This document shows positions 30,128 through 42,113 of a stretch of 64,000 bases of DNA, in pieces (within the stretch, counting starts at the first letter, position 1; the number at the start of each line of letters is the position of its first letter). The position numbers and the translations under genes were made by a program. The notes below the pieces were generated by a model. It worked only from the letters and a program-made list of their open reading frames with translations. It was not told the origin of the DNA and did not search any database. The stretch comes from Macrostomum lignano (taxonomy: Eukaryota): positions 124,001 through 188,000 of the forward strand of contig NIVC01001350.1 of the NCBI GenBank assembly GCA_002269645.1. The letters run 5' to 3'.

Positions 30128-31772
30128 ATGCCAGTCACAGGCGCGGGTGACACCAGCGGTGCCAATTCAGCCATCACGGACACCCGGGCAGAGCTGACCC
30201 AGCTGCTGCAGAAGCGAGCAGAACTGGCCGAGACTCTTGGCAACTTGGAGCGGCAAATTTATCGATTCGAGGGCAGCTACCTTGAGGACACGGCTCAATA
30301 TGGGAATATTATAAAGGGCTGGGATCGGTGAGAGATCTGTCTGCTTGCAGAGCAATTCGTGTCCACTGTAGAGAATCAGTGTGTCCACTGTTGAGAATCA
30401 GTGTGTCCACTGTAGAGAATCAGTGTGTCTACTGCAGAGTATCGGGTGTCCGCTGTAGAGTATCGGGTGTCCACTGTAGAAAATTGGGTGTCCACTGTTG
30501 AGAATCAGTGTGTCCACTTGATAGAATTGGGTGTCCACTGTTGAGAATCAGGTGTCCACTGTAGAGAATCAGTGTGTCCACTGTAGAGAATTGGGTGTCC
30601 ACTTGAGAATTGGGTGTCCACTGTAGAGAATTGGGTGTCCACTTGAGAATTGGGTGTCCACTGTTGAGAATCAGTGTGTCCACTGTTAAGAATCAGTGTC
30701 CACTATAAAGAATCGGGTATCCACTATAGAGAATCAGTGTGTCCACTTGAGAGAATCGGGTGTCCACTGTTGAGAATCGGGTATCCACTATAGAGAATCA
30801 ATGTGTCCACTTGAGAGAATCGCGTGTCCACTGTAAAGAATCGAGTGTCCACTGTAGAGTATCAGGTGTCCACTGTAGAGTATCGGGTGTCCACTGTAGG
30901 GTATCGGGTGTCCACTGTAAAGAATCGGGTGTCCACTGTAAAGAATCCGGTGTCCACTGTTGAGAATCAGTGTGTCCACTGTAGAGTATCAGGTGTCCAC
31001 TGTAGAGTATTAGGTGTCCACTGTAGAGTATCGGGTGTCCACTGTTGAGAATCAGTGTGTCCACTGTAGAGTATCGGGTGTCCACTGTAGAGTATCGGGT
31101 GTCCACTGCAGATAATCTGGTGTCCACTGCAGAGAATCAGATGTCCACTATAGAGAATTGAGTGTTCACTGTAGAGAATTGAGTGTCCATTTTAGAGAAT
31201 TGAGTGTCCATTATAGAGAATTGAGTGTCCACTGTAGAGAATTGAGTGTCCACTATAGAGAGTTGAGTGTCCACTGCAGAGAATCGGGTGTCCACTGCAG
31301 AGAATCAGATGTCCGTTGCCATAGGCCTATAGCGCATTGGATAGGGGGGGGGCAGTCTTGAACCTGTTCTGTATTGATTGGAGTCTCGGCCATTCCACCC
31401 GTCCATCGCAGCTACCTGACCAGTCAGAAGCCCGGCCAGGACGTACGCGACAAGCGCAGCCGCAAGATAAAAGAGTCTGACCGACTCTTCTCTAAGTCGT
31501 CAGTAACGTCCGCAGCTGTGAGTAGTGAATTTGTTTAGACTGCGGAATGCTTGATTAGTTTGTTCTTGTAAGAGTCTATACACTTGACCTTAATTGACCT
31601 CTATACACAGGCAATCAATGGAGTGACGGATCTCGGCCACAAGCTGGCTTCGGCCACGCCAGCTCAGGCCAGTTCGGCCGCCGGCGGCGGGGGCGCAGGG
31701 GACCCGTCAGCCAACGGACCTACCCCGGCTAAAAAAGGTCGCAAGAGCAAGAAAACTGGCAAACTGAAGTAA
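30128..31772 (+). CDS. MEAF6: Chromatin modification-related protein MEAF6/Eaf6 (NuA4/MOZ-HBO1 subunit); join(30128..30327,31412..31517,31611..31772)
   Basis: [50 protein letters not shown]|YLTSQK...[17 protein letters not shown] matches the conserved Eaf6 core; GT-AG junctions in phase. Confidence 0.95.
30345..31310. repeat. 21-22-bp minisatellite (GTGTCCACTGTAGAGAATCAG)n filling MEAF6 intron 1
   Basis: Tandem copies from just after the donor. Confidence 0.95.
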
Positions 31773-32214
31773 ACAGACGTTTTTTTGTGTTCAACTGGAC
31801 AAAAACTAACGGCAATTGCTTGCGTATCAATTGGTGGGATTGATTTGAATTTCAAGGCATTTTTTTAATTTTGGTTTCTCTAACTGCTCGAACTGGTTTG
31901 AGCAGTTCGTATCTGACAGTTTAATGTTCTTATGAAGTTAAATATGTGAACTTTTTATTATAATTCAATGATTGTCTTACTTGTAATTTTTCATTTCATT
32001 TTAAATATATAACTGTCAAATTTTGTGCATTTGAGTGCGATATGTACTTTACTGTACAGCTCTTTGTTATTACGAGTGCGATTATTAGATCTAACCGCTG
32101 GTTCAGCAAAGTATTTGTTTAACCTTTGCGGCACATCTCAAATCCCAGCATCGTGTCTTGCTATCAATATAATCAACAACAAAATAAATTGTCAGCCAGT
32201 CAAGCGTAGGGCCT

Positions 32215-32465
32215 GGGTGGCGATAGAGTGCCGCATTGGTCACTCGCTCGTAGCCAATCTTGACGGCGGCGCGCAGCAAGCCAGCGTGCGCCGCATCGAC
32301 TTGCTGTTCGAGCGAATCCGTCAGCGTCCAGGTCTCGGCGTTGTACAACAGGACGGTCTCGATCACCGCCTGGAACAACGCCGCCCTCTGACGGTCAGAC
32401 AGGGCATCCGACTGTAGGACAGGGCCACAGGGCTTCACGGGACGGAAGGCAGCCCAGGCAGCCGC
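32215..32465 (-). mobile_element. Fragment of an RTE-type non-LTR retrotransposon (C-terminal RT/thumb region)
   Basis: AWAAFRP..PVLQSDALSDRQRAALFQAVIETVLLYNAETWTLTDSLEQQVDAAHAGLLRAA...VTNAALYR is the typical LLYxAETW motif of RTE-clade ORFs. Confidence 0.8.
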
Positions 32466-32842
32466 CGCACAGCTTTGAGCTCTTTGTTAGAGGACAGCGA
32501 CAAACCTATTACTGGCTCACCAATAAGCGGCACGGTCTAGACTGGGACAGGAGTGGGTTCCGACCCTACTCTTGTCTCTGGAGCGGTACGTATCTCTCTC
32601 TCGCAAGGCCCGATATTCAGCAAAGGGGATGTCAAGTGCCAGTTCCTATCGCGTCTTCTGCTACAGCCTGTGTACGACCTAGCACACCTGGCCTTTCCGA
32701 GTGCCTCAAAGTACGTGCTACCCTCATGCGCCCTGGCCAAGGTGACGCTGTACGCTGATTGGCTGCGGCCTCGCGGCTACGGGTCTATAAAATTAGGGTT
32801 AGGGTTGCAGCAGGCACTGGCGTTTCTCTCGACTGTCTAAAG

Positions 32843-33262
32843 ATGGTCGCAACAATTCGCGTGACAAATATCGTGAAAGGAGCCGATCTGGCGACCCAGG
32901 TGGGTCTGCAACAACTAGCGAATTTCCTGATCTCTTCATCTGCCTCAGCATCACACAATCCGCCATCGCCTGGTTCATCCTCGAACACTGGCAGTGGTGA
33001 TGAAGAGCGGGCAGCATCGAGTAACCGCGCTGGTGTATCCGACCGGACAAGTGTCTGTCTGTGGAGCCAAAAGCATGGAGGAGGCTTGATCGCAGAGATG
33101 GAGAAGATTGTGAGGTTGTGCGGACTTCTTGCGATTGACCAGTCTGGCCCAGATTCGCATCAACACTATTACCTCTCTGTGACGGCCTTTCCCGCGGGTC
33201 GATATCCACTCCGGTTGGGGGAAGTCAAGTCTTATAAATTGGCCGCATCGGGGCACCTATGA
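32843..33262 (+). CDS. Intronless 139-aa ORF of unknown function behind a CCAAT/TATA promoter
   Basis: ATTGG at about 32758, TATAAAA at 32786-32792, ATG at 32843; no recognised family. Confidence 0.25.
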   Translation: MVATIRVTNIVKGADLATQVGLQQLANFLISSSASASHNPPSPGSSSNTGSGDEERAASSNRAGVSDRTSVCLWSQKHGGGLIAEMEKIVRLCGLLAIDQSGPDSHQHYYLSVTAFPAGRYPLRLGEVKSYKLAASGHL

Positions 33263-33504
33263 GCTGCGGAAATGTTTAAACGGACTTGTGCTCGAGTGTA
33301 CTGCTTCTGTATTGCAAAACTCGAGTACTTATAAGGTTTTCCTTCTACTCATGAATTTTTTTAAATACATTGACGTATACTGGCCAAACAGGCTTCCTGC
33401 CATGTATTGGTTTCCCGACAGACATTCAGACATTCAGAAATTGTTCAGTAAATGTTTAACAAAATTGTCTATTTAGTACGCAAAAAATGTAAATTTTTAG
33501 ACTT

Positions 33505-33784
33505 TTTTACGCATGTCTCTGCTTTAAAAAGACACACCAGACACACACAAAGACGCTTCACAAACTGAGATATTCCCTAGCAAATGTTGTTACGACGTTT
33601 CCCAATATACCGAATACCGTATATGGTCGTTTTTTGAGGAGCCGCTACATCGTCGCACTTTGCTCTTTCTGAATGAAAATTGCACAGCTGCTTTAAAATG
33701 TAACAACCGTTGCTAGGGAATATCTCAGCTTGTGAAGCGTCTTTGTGTGTGTCTGATATGTCTTTTAAAGCAGAGACATGTGTA

Positions 33785-33823
<39 letters not shown>

Positions 33824-34545
33824 TAGTAGCTTTTTTTCACGCTTTGAAATATCACGCGCTTTCAAAAATACTATATCTTTTTACAAAAATCGCATATTAT
33901 TGAGAACAATCCTTAATTATACTAGATATTTGTTATATTGACAAAATAATATTTAACTACCTTGTCTGAATCGCATTATAGAAGAATCGTTTTGCATTAA
34001 GGTCATATATATATATACAACATCGATTTTCTATTTTTCCTTGCTTAGAATCTTGTTGTTCCATCGTTAGTCGTTAATCGGCTAAAAAAACCGTAAAAAA
34101 ATTCCAGACGCTCTTTCAAATACCTTACTTAATACAAATATCGTAACTCGTTTTCAGCGATCGTGTAAAAAATTTAACCTTTTGAATAAATACTAAATAT
34201 TGATACATCGGTTTATACTGGCATAACAGGCTCCTTAAGCCTGAGCCAAAACTACTACTACTACTACTTTACACATGTCTCTGCTTTAAAAGACACATCA
34301 GACACACACAAAGACGCTTCATAAGCTGAGATATTCCCTAGCAACGGTTGTTACATTTTCTAGATATACCGAATTCTGTTTGATGTTGCTGTTTAAATCA
34401 TATAACCGTTTTTTTCAGAAGCTGTGCTCTTTCTGCATGAAAATTGCACTGCTGCTTTATGCATGCCTCGCTGTAAAAAGACACATTAAAGACCAACAAA
34501 GACACTTCACAAGCTGAGGTATTCTTTACAACGGTTGTTACAATT
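33505..34545. repeat. Complex direct/inverted repeat module with (TAG)n and (CTA)n tracts
   Basis: Motif CATGTCTCTGCTTTAAAAGACAC..GACGCTTCAC..TGAGATATTCCCTAGCAA at about 33512 (+), 33705-33782 (inverted), 34273 (+) and a degenerate copy at about 34470. Confidence 0.8.
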
Positions 34546-36521
34546 GATTCTTCAATGATTGTTAGGGCCTAGCTATTGACATATAATTAAAATAATTATC
34601 ATATCATATTTTTAATATTATCATAATTATTCATATAATTAATGAAATTAGTTAATTAGCACATAAACAGAGCTACAACTGGCTAAAAGACTTTAACATT
34701 AAAATAGTTGACAAAAACAGAAAAATATATACTTGGCCTCCTGTGCCCTTATTAGCACAATCTATTAGAGCACTATAGAATTCTTGGTTTAATAACTATA
34801 ACTTATTCTGATTACTTCAAAACTCCAGATCATTTATGACCAATAACCATATTCAATATTTCTATTATTCTATTATTCTACTATTATATTTTATTTTAAA
34901 TATTATATTTGCAATTTTAATTTCTTTTATTATTCATTTTTGTGGCCTAGTTGATACTGCAAGCTTTCAATTTAATCATTGATATAAAAATCAGGCTTGT
35001 GACTATGAGACTAAATATTTTCTGTTTATGGTCAACACATGTTGGTATAGCTGAGTTTAATTTAATCTTGGGGGTATCAATTTGATCATTCTACTCATAT
35101 AATGTTAGGTATCCAATGCTATAATAGAAGTCGTTTACTTATCATTGAAAAAAAAACTGAAAACAGAATTTGACACAATAAACAAATATTAATAAACACT
35201 TTTGCACTAGATATCATCAAGTCAAAAAATGTTTAGAGTGACTGGCTGTTTGGCGATGCAGGCTGGAATAAACCTCCACATAAACTTCCCTGGAATAAAC
35301 CTTGCAGCATAAACTTCCCTGGAATAAACTTCAGTAGACTAAGACTATCATTGCACCCTAAAGCAATGACAATCAGACTTTACTTCTCATTAGTAATCTT
35401 GTTGTACTGACCTGCAATGTACTTAGGCTAGCTGGTCAATGTCATTATTTGCAGTTCCAAAATTCTACTCACTGCCATCCTCTTCAAGTAGCTTGTCCAG
35501 ATTGCTCATTAAAACAAGCCAATTAAAAACAAGTTATAATGACAATGAAAATATGCATTGAAAACATAGAATGATCAAATTGATGCCCCTATGATTAAAT
35601 TGAACTCTGCTATACCAACACATATGAACCATAGACAAATCTTTCAGTCTTGCAAGCCTGATTTCCATATGTATGATTAACTTGAAAGCTTGTAATACCA
35701 ACTAGGCCACAAAAGGAATAGCTAATTATCCAACTAGTTTGCTATAAATTAGGCTGGGCTATACACAAGCCAATATAGAGCTAAAAATAGGAGTCAATTC
35801 CTGGGCCAAATGGGAATGTGAAAATTCAAATTGGTGCTAGGCTGTATTTATATTGAATATTCCAATGTATTAAAACAAAGTAAAAATGTATCTGAAATGT
35901 AATTAGTGTACCTTATTAATTGGCACCTATGCATGTATTCTAGTGAATTTAAAAAATGAATTAATAATTGATATTTTAACTAATATTACACATCCAAAGA
36001 TCCCTACCACACTTATACTTAGATATTAAAAAAGTTAAAAGGAGATATTATCTATCATATTTTTGTTAATTTTTTAAATCTAACATTAACCATGGGCAAA
36101 ACTTTGATTTTCTGTCTGAGCCTGGCTGCTTTATACTTTTATGCTGTAGCAAAACTCAAAATTTTGCCAGTAGAGATATAGGATAAAATCATATCTGCTT
36201 TGTTGACTATTACAAATTGATAATTAATTGATTTTATTAAAACTGATTTAATTAATTAATTGACATTTTCACCAACAACTGCATAATATAGAAATAATAA
36301 TACTTTCTTAATAAGATTTTTACTTATATAGATCAGGCCAAACTATTTTTAGTAAGCATTCTTATACAACTTTATAACATGCTTATGGATCTATGATTCA
36401 TACTATTCTTTTATTATATTTTTTCCGGCATTTTAATGTAGATTTCTTTTAGTTAACAATAATGATATTTAAAATGAATAAAGTATAAAATGAATGATTT
36501 TTGCAGATCTTGAAGTCAATA

Positions 36522-38461
36522 ATGCCTGCTATAGCAGACCTTATTTGTAAGGCTTGCGATGAGCCATACACGGACCTTGCTGCTTTTCTGACACACAGTG
36601 TCAGCTGCTGTCAGCCTAGTGGACCAAACTCGCAAATATTTGTGTGCAGCATCTGCAGCCTCTTCACAAACAAAGTTTTTATTGTGCAAAAGCATTGCCA
36701 GGCTGCTCACAATGGTCAGGTATGAATGCAATTGGAGGTTCATATGAAGGTTACTGAACCTGATTGACTCTTTGCAGTAGGAGACCATCTTTATGGGGTT
36801 TTAGCCTAGTGGTTAGTGCGTCTGATTCCACTGGAACCATTTGTGTCCTTGAGCAAGACACTGAACTCTGCATTGCTTCAGTTCACTCAGCTGTAAAATG
36901 GGTGCCAGCTTTAGCTTGGCGACCCCCCCCCAGTCCTTGGACTAAACAGTCTTTATAGCTGAAGCTGAGCTGTCGGTTGCACATCTGCCGGTCATCTGGC
37001 CCAATGGGGGCCTGGTGTAATCAGTTATTTTTTATTAGTTATGAACTTGATGCTTATAAATGCAGGATTTGGATCTCTTAGCCACCAAAATCCACAGAAT
37101 AGTCTTGCTGTCACTCGCTCCGCAATTTAACACAGGGCACAATGCAGCTGCACCTGCGTTTCGGCGGCCAAGATGCAGCTGGCGCCTCTGCCCAGCAGCC
37201 GCCTTCGCAGCAGCCCGCTCAGAAGCCTCCGACACCGCCGAATGTCGAGACCGACGCTAGCGAGCCTCCGCCTGCGGCTGGCCGTGCAAGCGGCGATCGG
37301 AAACGGTGCCAAGTTGACCTCACCACCGCCACGGCAGCGCCATCAGCTGCGGAGCCGCCAGCCCGGCGAGTGAAAACGGAGCCGGCCAGCTGTGCAGTCA
37401 AAGCGGAGCCGCTGGAACCGGCCTCAACTGCTGCTCCGGTCAATGAAGAGGCCTCTGAAGATACCAAGGCCCCGCCTGCCATCATTGCGCCTGGCTTTGG
37501 GCGCGCCAGCGGCGGCGGTTGGGGTCGCGGGCGCGGCGCCAGTCGCATGCGCAGTGGCAGCGCCAGACGTGGTGCCGGGCGTCGCAGTTCGGCGAGCACC
37601 GACGAGCCTTCGGGGGAGGCGGCGCCGGCGCCAGTCCGCGCCCCGCCCGTCCGGTCGAGCGCTCGTCAGGCGAGCCGCAGCGCCTCGGAGCGAATCAGCT
37701 CCAGCGTACAGCGTCGGGACAGCGAGGATAGCGACGAGGCAGAGGAGCCGCAGCAGCCCGAACTCGCTGACAGCGACGAAGATCCGGAGGCGGCAGTTGA
37801 CATCGACTTTTTGAATGAGAGCGTCGCCGAGAGCAGCGCCGAGAGCGGCGCCGAGAGCGGCGACGAGGACCTGGCTGAGGACTCCGCTTCCCTGGCTAGC
37901 AGCCCCGGCTCCGACAGCCCGCCTGGCGACCCCAGCAACGCCAATTCAACTGCCGCCGCCGCCGCCAGAGCGGCCTCCGTGGCCTCCGAAGCGCTGTGCC
38001 AGCCCATTAGTGTGGTCGCCATCCGCCTGGCCGGATCGGCCATCTCGCCAGCTGCAGGCGCCGAGGTGTCGGTGCAGCTGTTCGCTGACTGCATCCGCCT
38101 GAGCGTCGGGCCAAACCGCTGCCTGATACTGCCGCACCCGCTGCCCGAGATCGTCGCCTACTGCGCCAGGCACGCCAGTCTGCTGATCAGATTTTATACT
38201 GAAGATTTCCAACGGGCCCGCGAGTCGCTCGGCTTCTCTATGCCGACGCCAGCAGACCAAAGCCGCTGTCGGCTCTGCCTGCAGCTGGAGAGGCCGCTGC
38301 CTCCGGCTGTGCTGGCTTCGATTCGCAGAGCCTACAAAGCGGCGCGAACTCGCGGCGCCTTGGCTGGCAAAGAATTCTCGCTGCGCCAGCTGCTGCTACT
38401 CAAGCCGAAATGGGGCAAACGGATTCTGGATGAGGCTAACGGGTGGCATGTGGATGAGTAG
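36522..38461 (+). CDS. Zinc-finger protein with long acidic/low-complexity linker and C-terminal globular (possibly PH-like) domain; join(36522..36719,37136..38461)
   Basis: Exon 1 CKACDEPYTDLAAFLTH and CSICSLFTNKVFIVQKHCQAAH; donor CAG|gtatga (36720), acceptor aacacag|GGC (37135), phase 0; 439-aa open GC-rich exon 2. May extend further 5'. Confidence 0.7.
36794..37015 (+). mobile_element. tRNA-derived SINE with conserved central (Meta/V-type) domain, in the intron
   Basis: A-box-like TAGCCTAGTGG at 36802-36812, followed by TGTGTCCTTGAGCAAGACACTGAAC...CACTCAGCTGTAAAATGGGT, characteristic of MetaSINE/V-SINE central domains; B box appears deleted. Confidence 0.65.
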
Positions 38462-38529
38462 CCTGGGTTTGAGCTCGCAATTGGGGAGTTTGGTAGTGAC
38501 AATTAGATTTTTAGCAGCTATTTCAGTAT

Positions 38530-38990
38530 TAAGAGTGTCAGTTAGAGTGATGGGAGTGACAATTAGAGTGATGAGAGTGGCAGTTAGAGTGATGGGAGTG
38601 ACCATTAGAGTGATGAGAGTGGCAGTTAGAGTGATCGGAGTGGCCATTGTAGTGATGGGAGTGACCATTAGAGTGATGGGAGTGGCCATTGGAGTGATGG
38701 GAGTGACCATTAGAGTGATGGGAGTGGCCATTGGAGTGATGGGAGTGGCCATTGGAGTGATGGGAGTGGCCATTGGAGTGATGGGAGTGACCATTAGAGT
38801 GATGGGAGTGGCCATTGGAGTGATGGGAGTGACCATTAGAGTGATGGGAGTGACCATTAGAGTGATGAGAGTGGCAGTTAGAATGATGGAGTGACAGTGA
38901 TGGGAGTGGCCATTAGAGTGATAGGAGTGACCATTAGAGTGATGGGAGTGACCATTAGAGTGATGAGAGCGATGTGACCATTAGAGTGGC
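38530..38990. repeat. 21-bp minisatellite (GAGTGATGGGAGTGACCATTA)n
   Basis: Tandem copies starting about 70 nt after the stop at 38461. Confidence 0.95.
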
Positions 38991-39299
38991 AATTACATAT
39001 ACTTTTGTACATGTAGTTTTTTGTAGCATGTGCTATAATTAGTAATTTTACCATTGTCATGTTTGAATCCATTTTTATGTTTATCTTATGCCGCATCTTT
39101 CTATTGTCGTTGTCTTATATCAACTCGCCCACTTAGCTTAACCAGCTGTTGTCAATGAGTGTGTTTGATAGCATTTGCAACACTCATACACATGTAATTT
39201 CATATTTAATATATTGCATGAAATCCTTTCCTTTCAAACATTCAAACATTTAATGTGAAATCATGTCTTTTTAGCTGAATTTAGCTGAGTTTTTGCTGA

Positions 39300-40760
39300 T
39301 TTCAACATCCCCAATCAGGCTATCAATATCCCCTATCAGGCTATCAATATCCCCAATCAGGCTATCAATATTCCCAATCAGGCTATCAATATATATTCCC
39401 AATCAGGCTATCAATATCCCCTATCAGGCTATCAATATCCCCAATCAGGCTATCAATATTCCCAATCAGGCTATCAATATATATTCCCAATCAGGCTATC
39501 AATATTCCCAATCAGGCTATCAATATTCTCAATCAGGCTATCAATATCCCCAATCAGGCTATCAACATCCCCAATCAGGCTATCAATATCCCCAATCAGG
39601 CTATCAATATCCCCTATCAGGCTATCAATATATATTCCCAATCAGGCTATCAATATTCCCAATCAGGCTATCAATATTCTCAATCAGGCTATCAATATCC
39701 CCAATCAGGCTATCAACATCCCCAATCAGGCTATCAATATCCCCAATCAGACTATCAATATCCCCAATCAGGCTATCAATATCCCCAATCAGGCTATCAA
39801 TATTCCCAATCAGGCTATCAATATTCTCAATCAGGCTATCAATATCCCCAATCAGGCTATCAATATTCCCAATCAGGCTATCAATATCCCCAATCAGGCT
39901 ATCAATATTCCTAATCAGGCTGTCAATATCCCCAATCAGGCTATCAATATCCCCAATCAGGCTATCAATATCCCCAATCAGGCTATCAACATCCCCAATC
40001 AGGCTATCAATATCCCCAATCAGGCTATCAACATCCCCAATCAGGCTTTCAATATTCCCAATCAGGCTTTCAATATCCCCAATCAGGCTATCAACATCCC
40101 CAATCAGGCTATTAATATCCCCAATCAGGCTATCAATATCCCCTATCAGGCTATCAATATCCCCAATCAGGCTATCAATATCCCCTATCAGGCTATCAAT
40201 ATCCCCAATCAGGCTATCAATATTCCCAATCAGGCTATCAATATATATTCCCAATCAGGCTATCAATATTCCCAATCAGGCTATCAATATTCTCAATCAG
40301 GCTATCAATATTCCCAATCAGGCTATCAACATCCCCAATCAGGCTATCAATATCCCCAATCAGACTATCAATATCCCCAATCAGGCTATCAATATCCCCA
40401 ATCAGGCTATCAATATTCCCAATCAGGCTATCAATATTCCCAATCAGGCTATCAATATCCCCAATCAGGCTATCAATATTCCCAATCAGGCTATCAATAT
40501 CCCCAATCAGGCTATCAATATTCCTAATCAGGCTGTCAATATCCCTAATCAGGCTATCAATATCCCCAATCAGGCTATCAATATCCCCAATCAGGCTATC
40601 AACATCCCCAATCAGGCTATCAATATCCCCAATCAGGCTATCAACATCCCCAATCAGGCTTTCAATATTCCCAATCAGGCTTTCAATATCCCCAATCAGG
40701 CTATCAACATCCCCAATCAGGCTATCAACATCCCCAATCAGGCTTTCAATATCCCCAATC
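39300..40760. repeat. 21-bp minisatellite (ATCAATATCCCCAATCAGGCT)n
   Basis: About 70 copies; source of ORFs 39293..40825 and 39625..40254. Confidence 0.95.
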
Positions 40761-40838
40761 AGTTAACAACCGCAAGCACTATTGCTTGTACATGCATGTT
40801 TTGCATGCAGTGCAAATCCAGCTAGAGAAGTGGCAGTC

Positions 40839-42113
40839 ATGAGCAGCAGCAGTCGCATAGCGGTCTTCAGCCGCATGGCGGAGGACCAGCTGTACCTGAA
40901 CCGCGCCTGTTTAGTCGGCTACTGCGATTTGAACGCTAGCAGCCTCCGGGCTTTGCTAGGCATCGAGGCCAGGGTCGAATTCTGGGACCTGGATGTGCCT
41001 GGGCTGCCCTGCGGCAGAGATGACGGGGCCCAGCAGCAGCTGTTGCTGCCCGCCTGCGAACGGTGGGACGGCACTCCGCCAATGGAGGGAGAGCTCAAGC
41101 CACTGCAGGTTGGTGAATAGACGGGGAGGGTGGCAATCAGAGTAATGAAGAGTGACAATCTGAATAATGAAGAGTGACAATCAGAGTAATGAAGAGTGAC
41201 AATCAGAGTAATGAAGAGTGACAATCAGAGTAATGAAGAGTGACAATCTGAATAATGAAGAGTGACAATCAGAGTAATGAAGAGTGACAATCAGAGTAAT
41301 GAAGAGTGACAATCAGAGTAATGAAGAGTGACAATCAGAGTAATGAAGAGTGACAATCAGAGTAATGAAGAGTGACAATCAGAGTGTTAAAGAGTGACAA
41401 TCAGAGTGTTAAAGAGTGACAATCAGAGTGTTAAAGAGTGACAATCAGAGTGTTAAAGAGTGATACTTAGAGAGTGACAATCAAGGGTTGCGGGCTCATA
41501 AAAAGTAATCGAGATACACATTCGAGCTAAGATCAAGGCACATTTCGCACCACCCCATTTTGCCCAGGTGCTGAACCTGAAGTACGAGCAGTACTCTCTC
41601 ATCCTAGTGAACTCGCACGTCCCTCCGAGCCGAGTGCACTTGGTGATGCAGCGAGTTTTCCAACTATTCGAACAGTTCAAAGTTAGCCGAGTCCACCTAC
41701 TCAGCTGTCTGCACCTGCCGGACGCAGCTGCTAATCCAATTGAGTTGCTGGACGATATCGACAACAGGGCAGACGGGGGAGCGGCTCGACTCACCGAGAC
41801 CGCCTTCAACGGAGCCGCTGACAGACTGGACCCCGGCCTGCCCAGCCTGGACCTTACCGCTAGTCCAGTCCGGGACGCCTTCCTGTGCTGCTTTGTCCAG
41901 TTCGCTCTGGTGGACCGGCTGCCCTTCACCCTGCTGGCCTGCGTCCGCCACCGAGCCAAGGTGGCCAGCGTTGACTCGCCCTCCGTGGCCGCCTTCCAGG
42001 CCTGTCTGGCCGACCGGCTGGGCCTCGCCTTCAGCCTGGAGCGCAGCCTCAACGGGATTCGCTTTCACAGGCAGCCGGTGGGCGCCGGCGGCGACTCCGG
42101 GATGTACGTCTGA
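40839..42113 (+). CDS. ~271-aa protein, putative PAC1/PAC2-like proteasome assembly chaperone-fold protein ending in GMYV; join(40839..41108,41568..42113)
   Basis: Two exons joined in phase 0 (CAG|gttggt, gcccag|GTG). Alternating beta/alpha pattern (LILVNSHVPPSRVHLVMQRVF..RVHLLSCL..DAFLCCFVQFALVDRLPFTLLAC) and C-terminal hydrophobic-Tyr-X. The gene model is solid; the function is inferred. Confidence 0.7.
41125..41485. repeat. 21-bp minisatellite (GAGTGACAATCAGAGTAATGAA-like) in the intron
   Basis: Tandem copies between donor 41109 and acceptor 41567. Confidence 0.95.

Noticed and set aside
32793-32804. TTAGGGTTAGGG as an interstitial telomere
   Set aside because: Only two units; too short to support.
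36794-36870. tRNA gene
   Set aside because: Only an A-box-like head; no cloverleaf or B box, and it continues into a SINE central domain.
39293-40825. 510-aa ORF
   Set aside because: 21-bp satellite lacking stops; not a protein.
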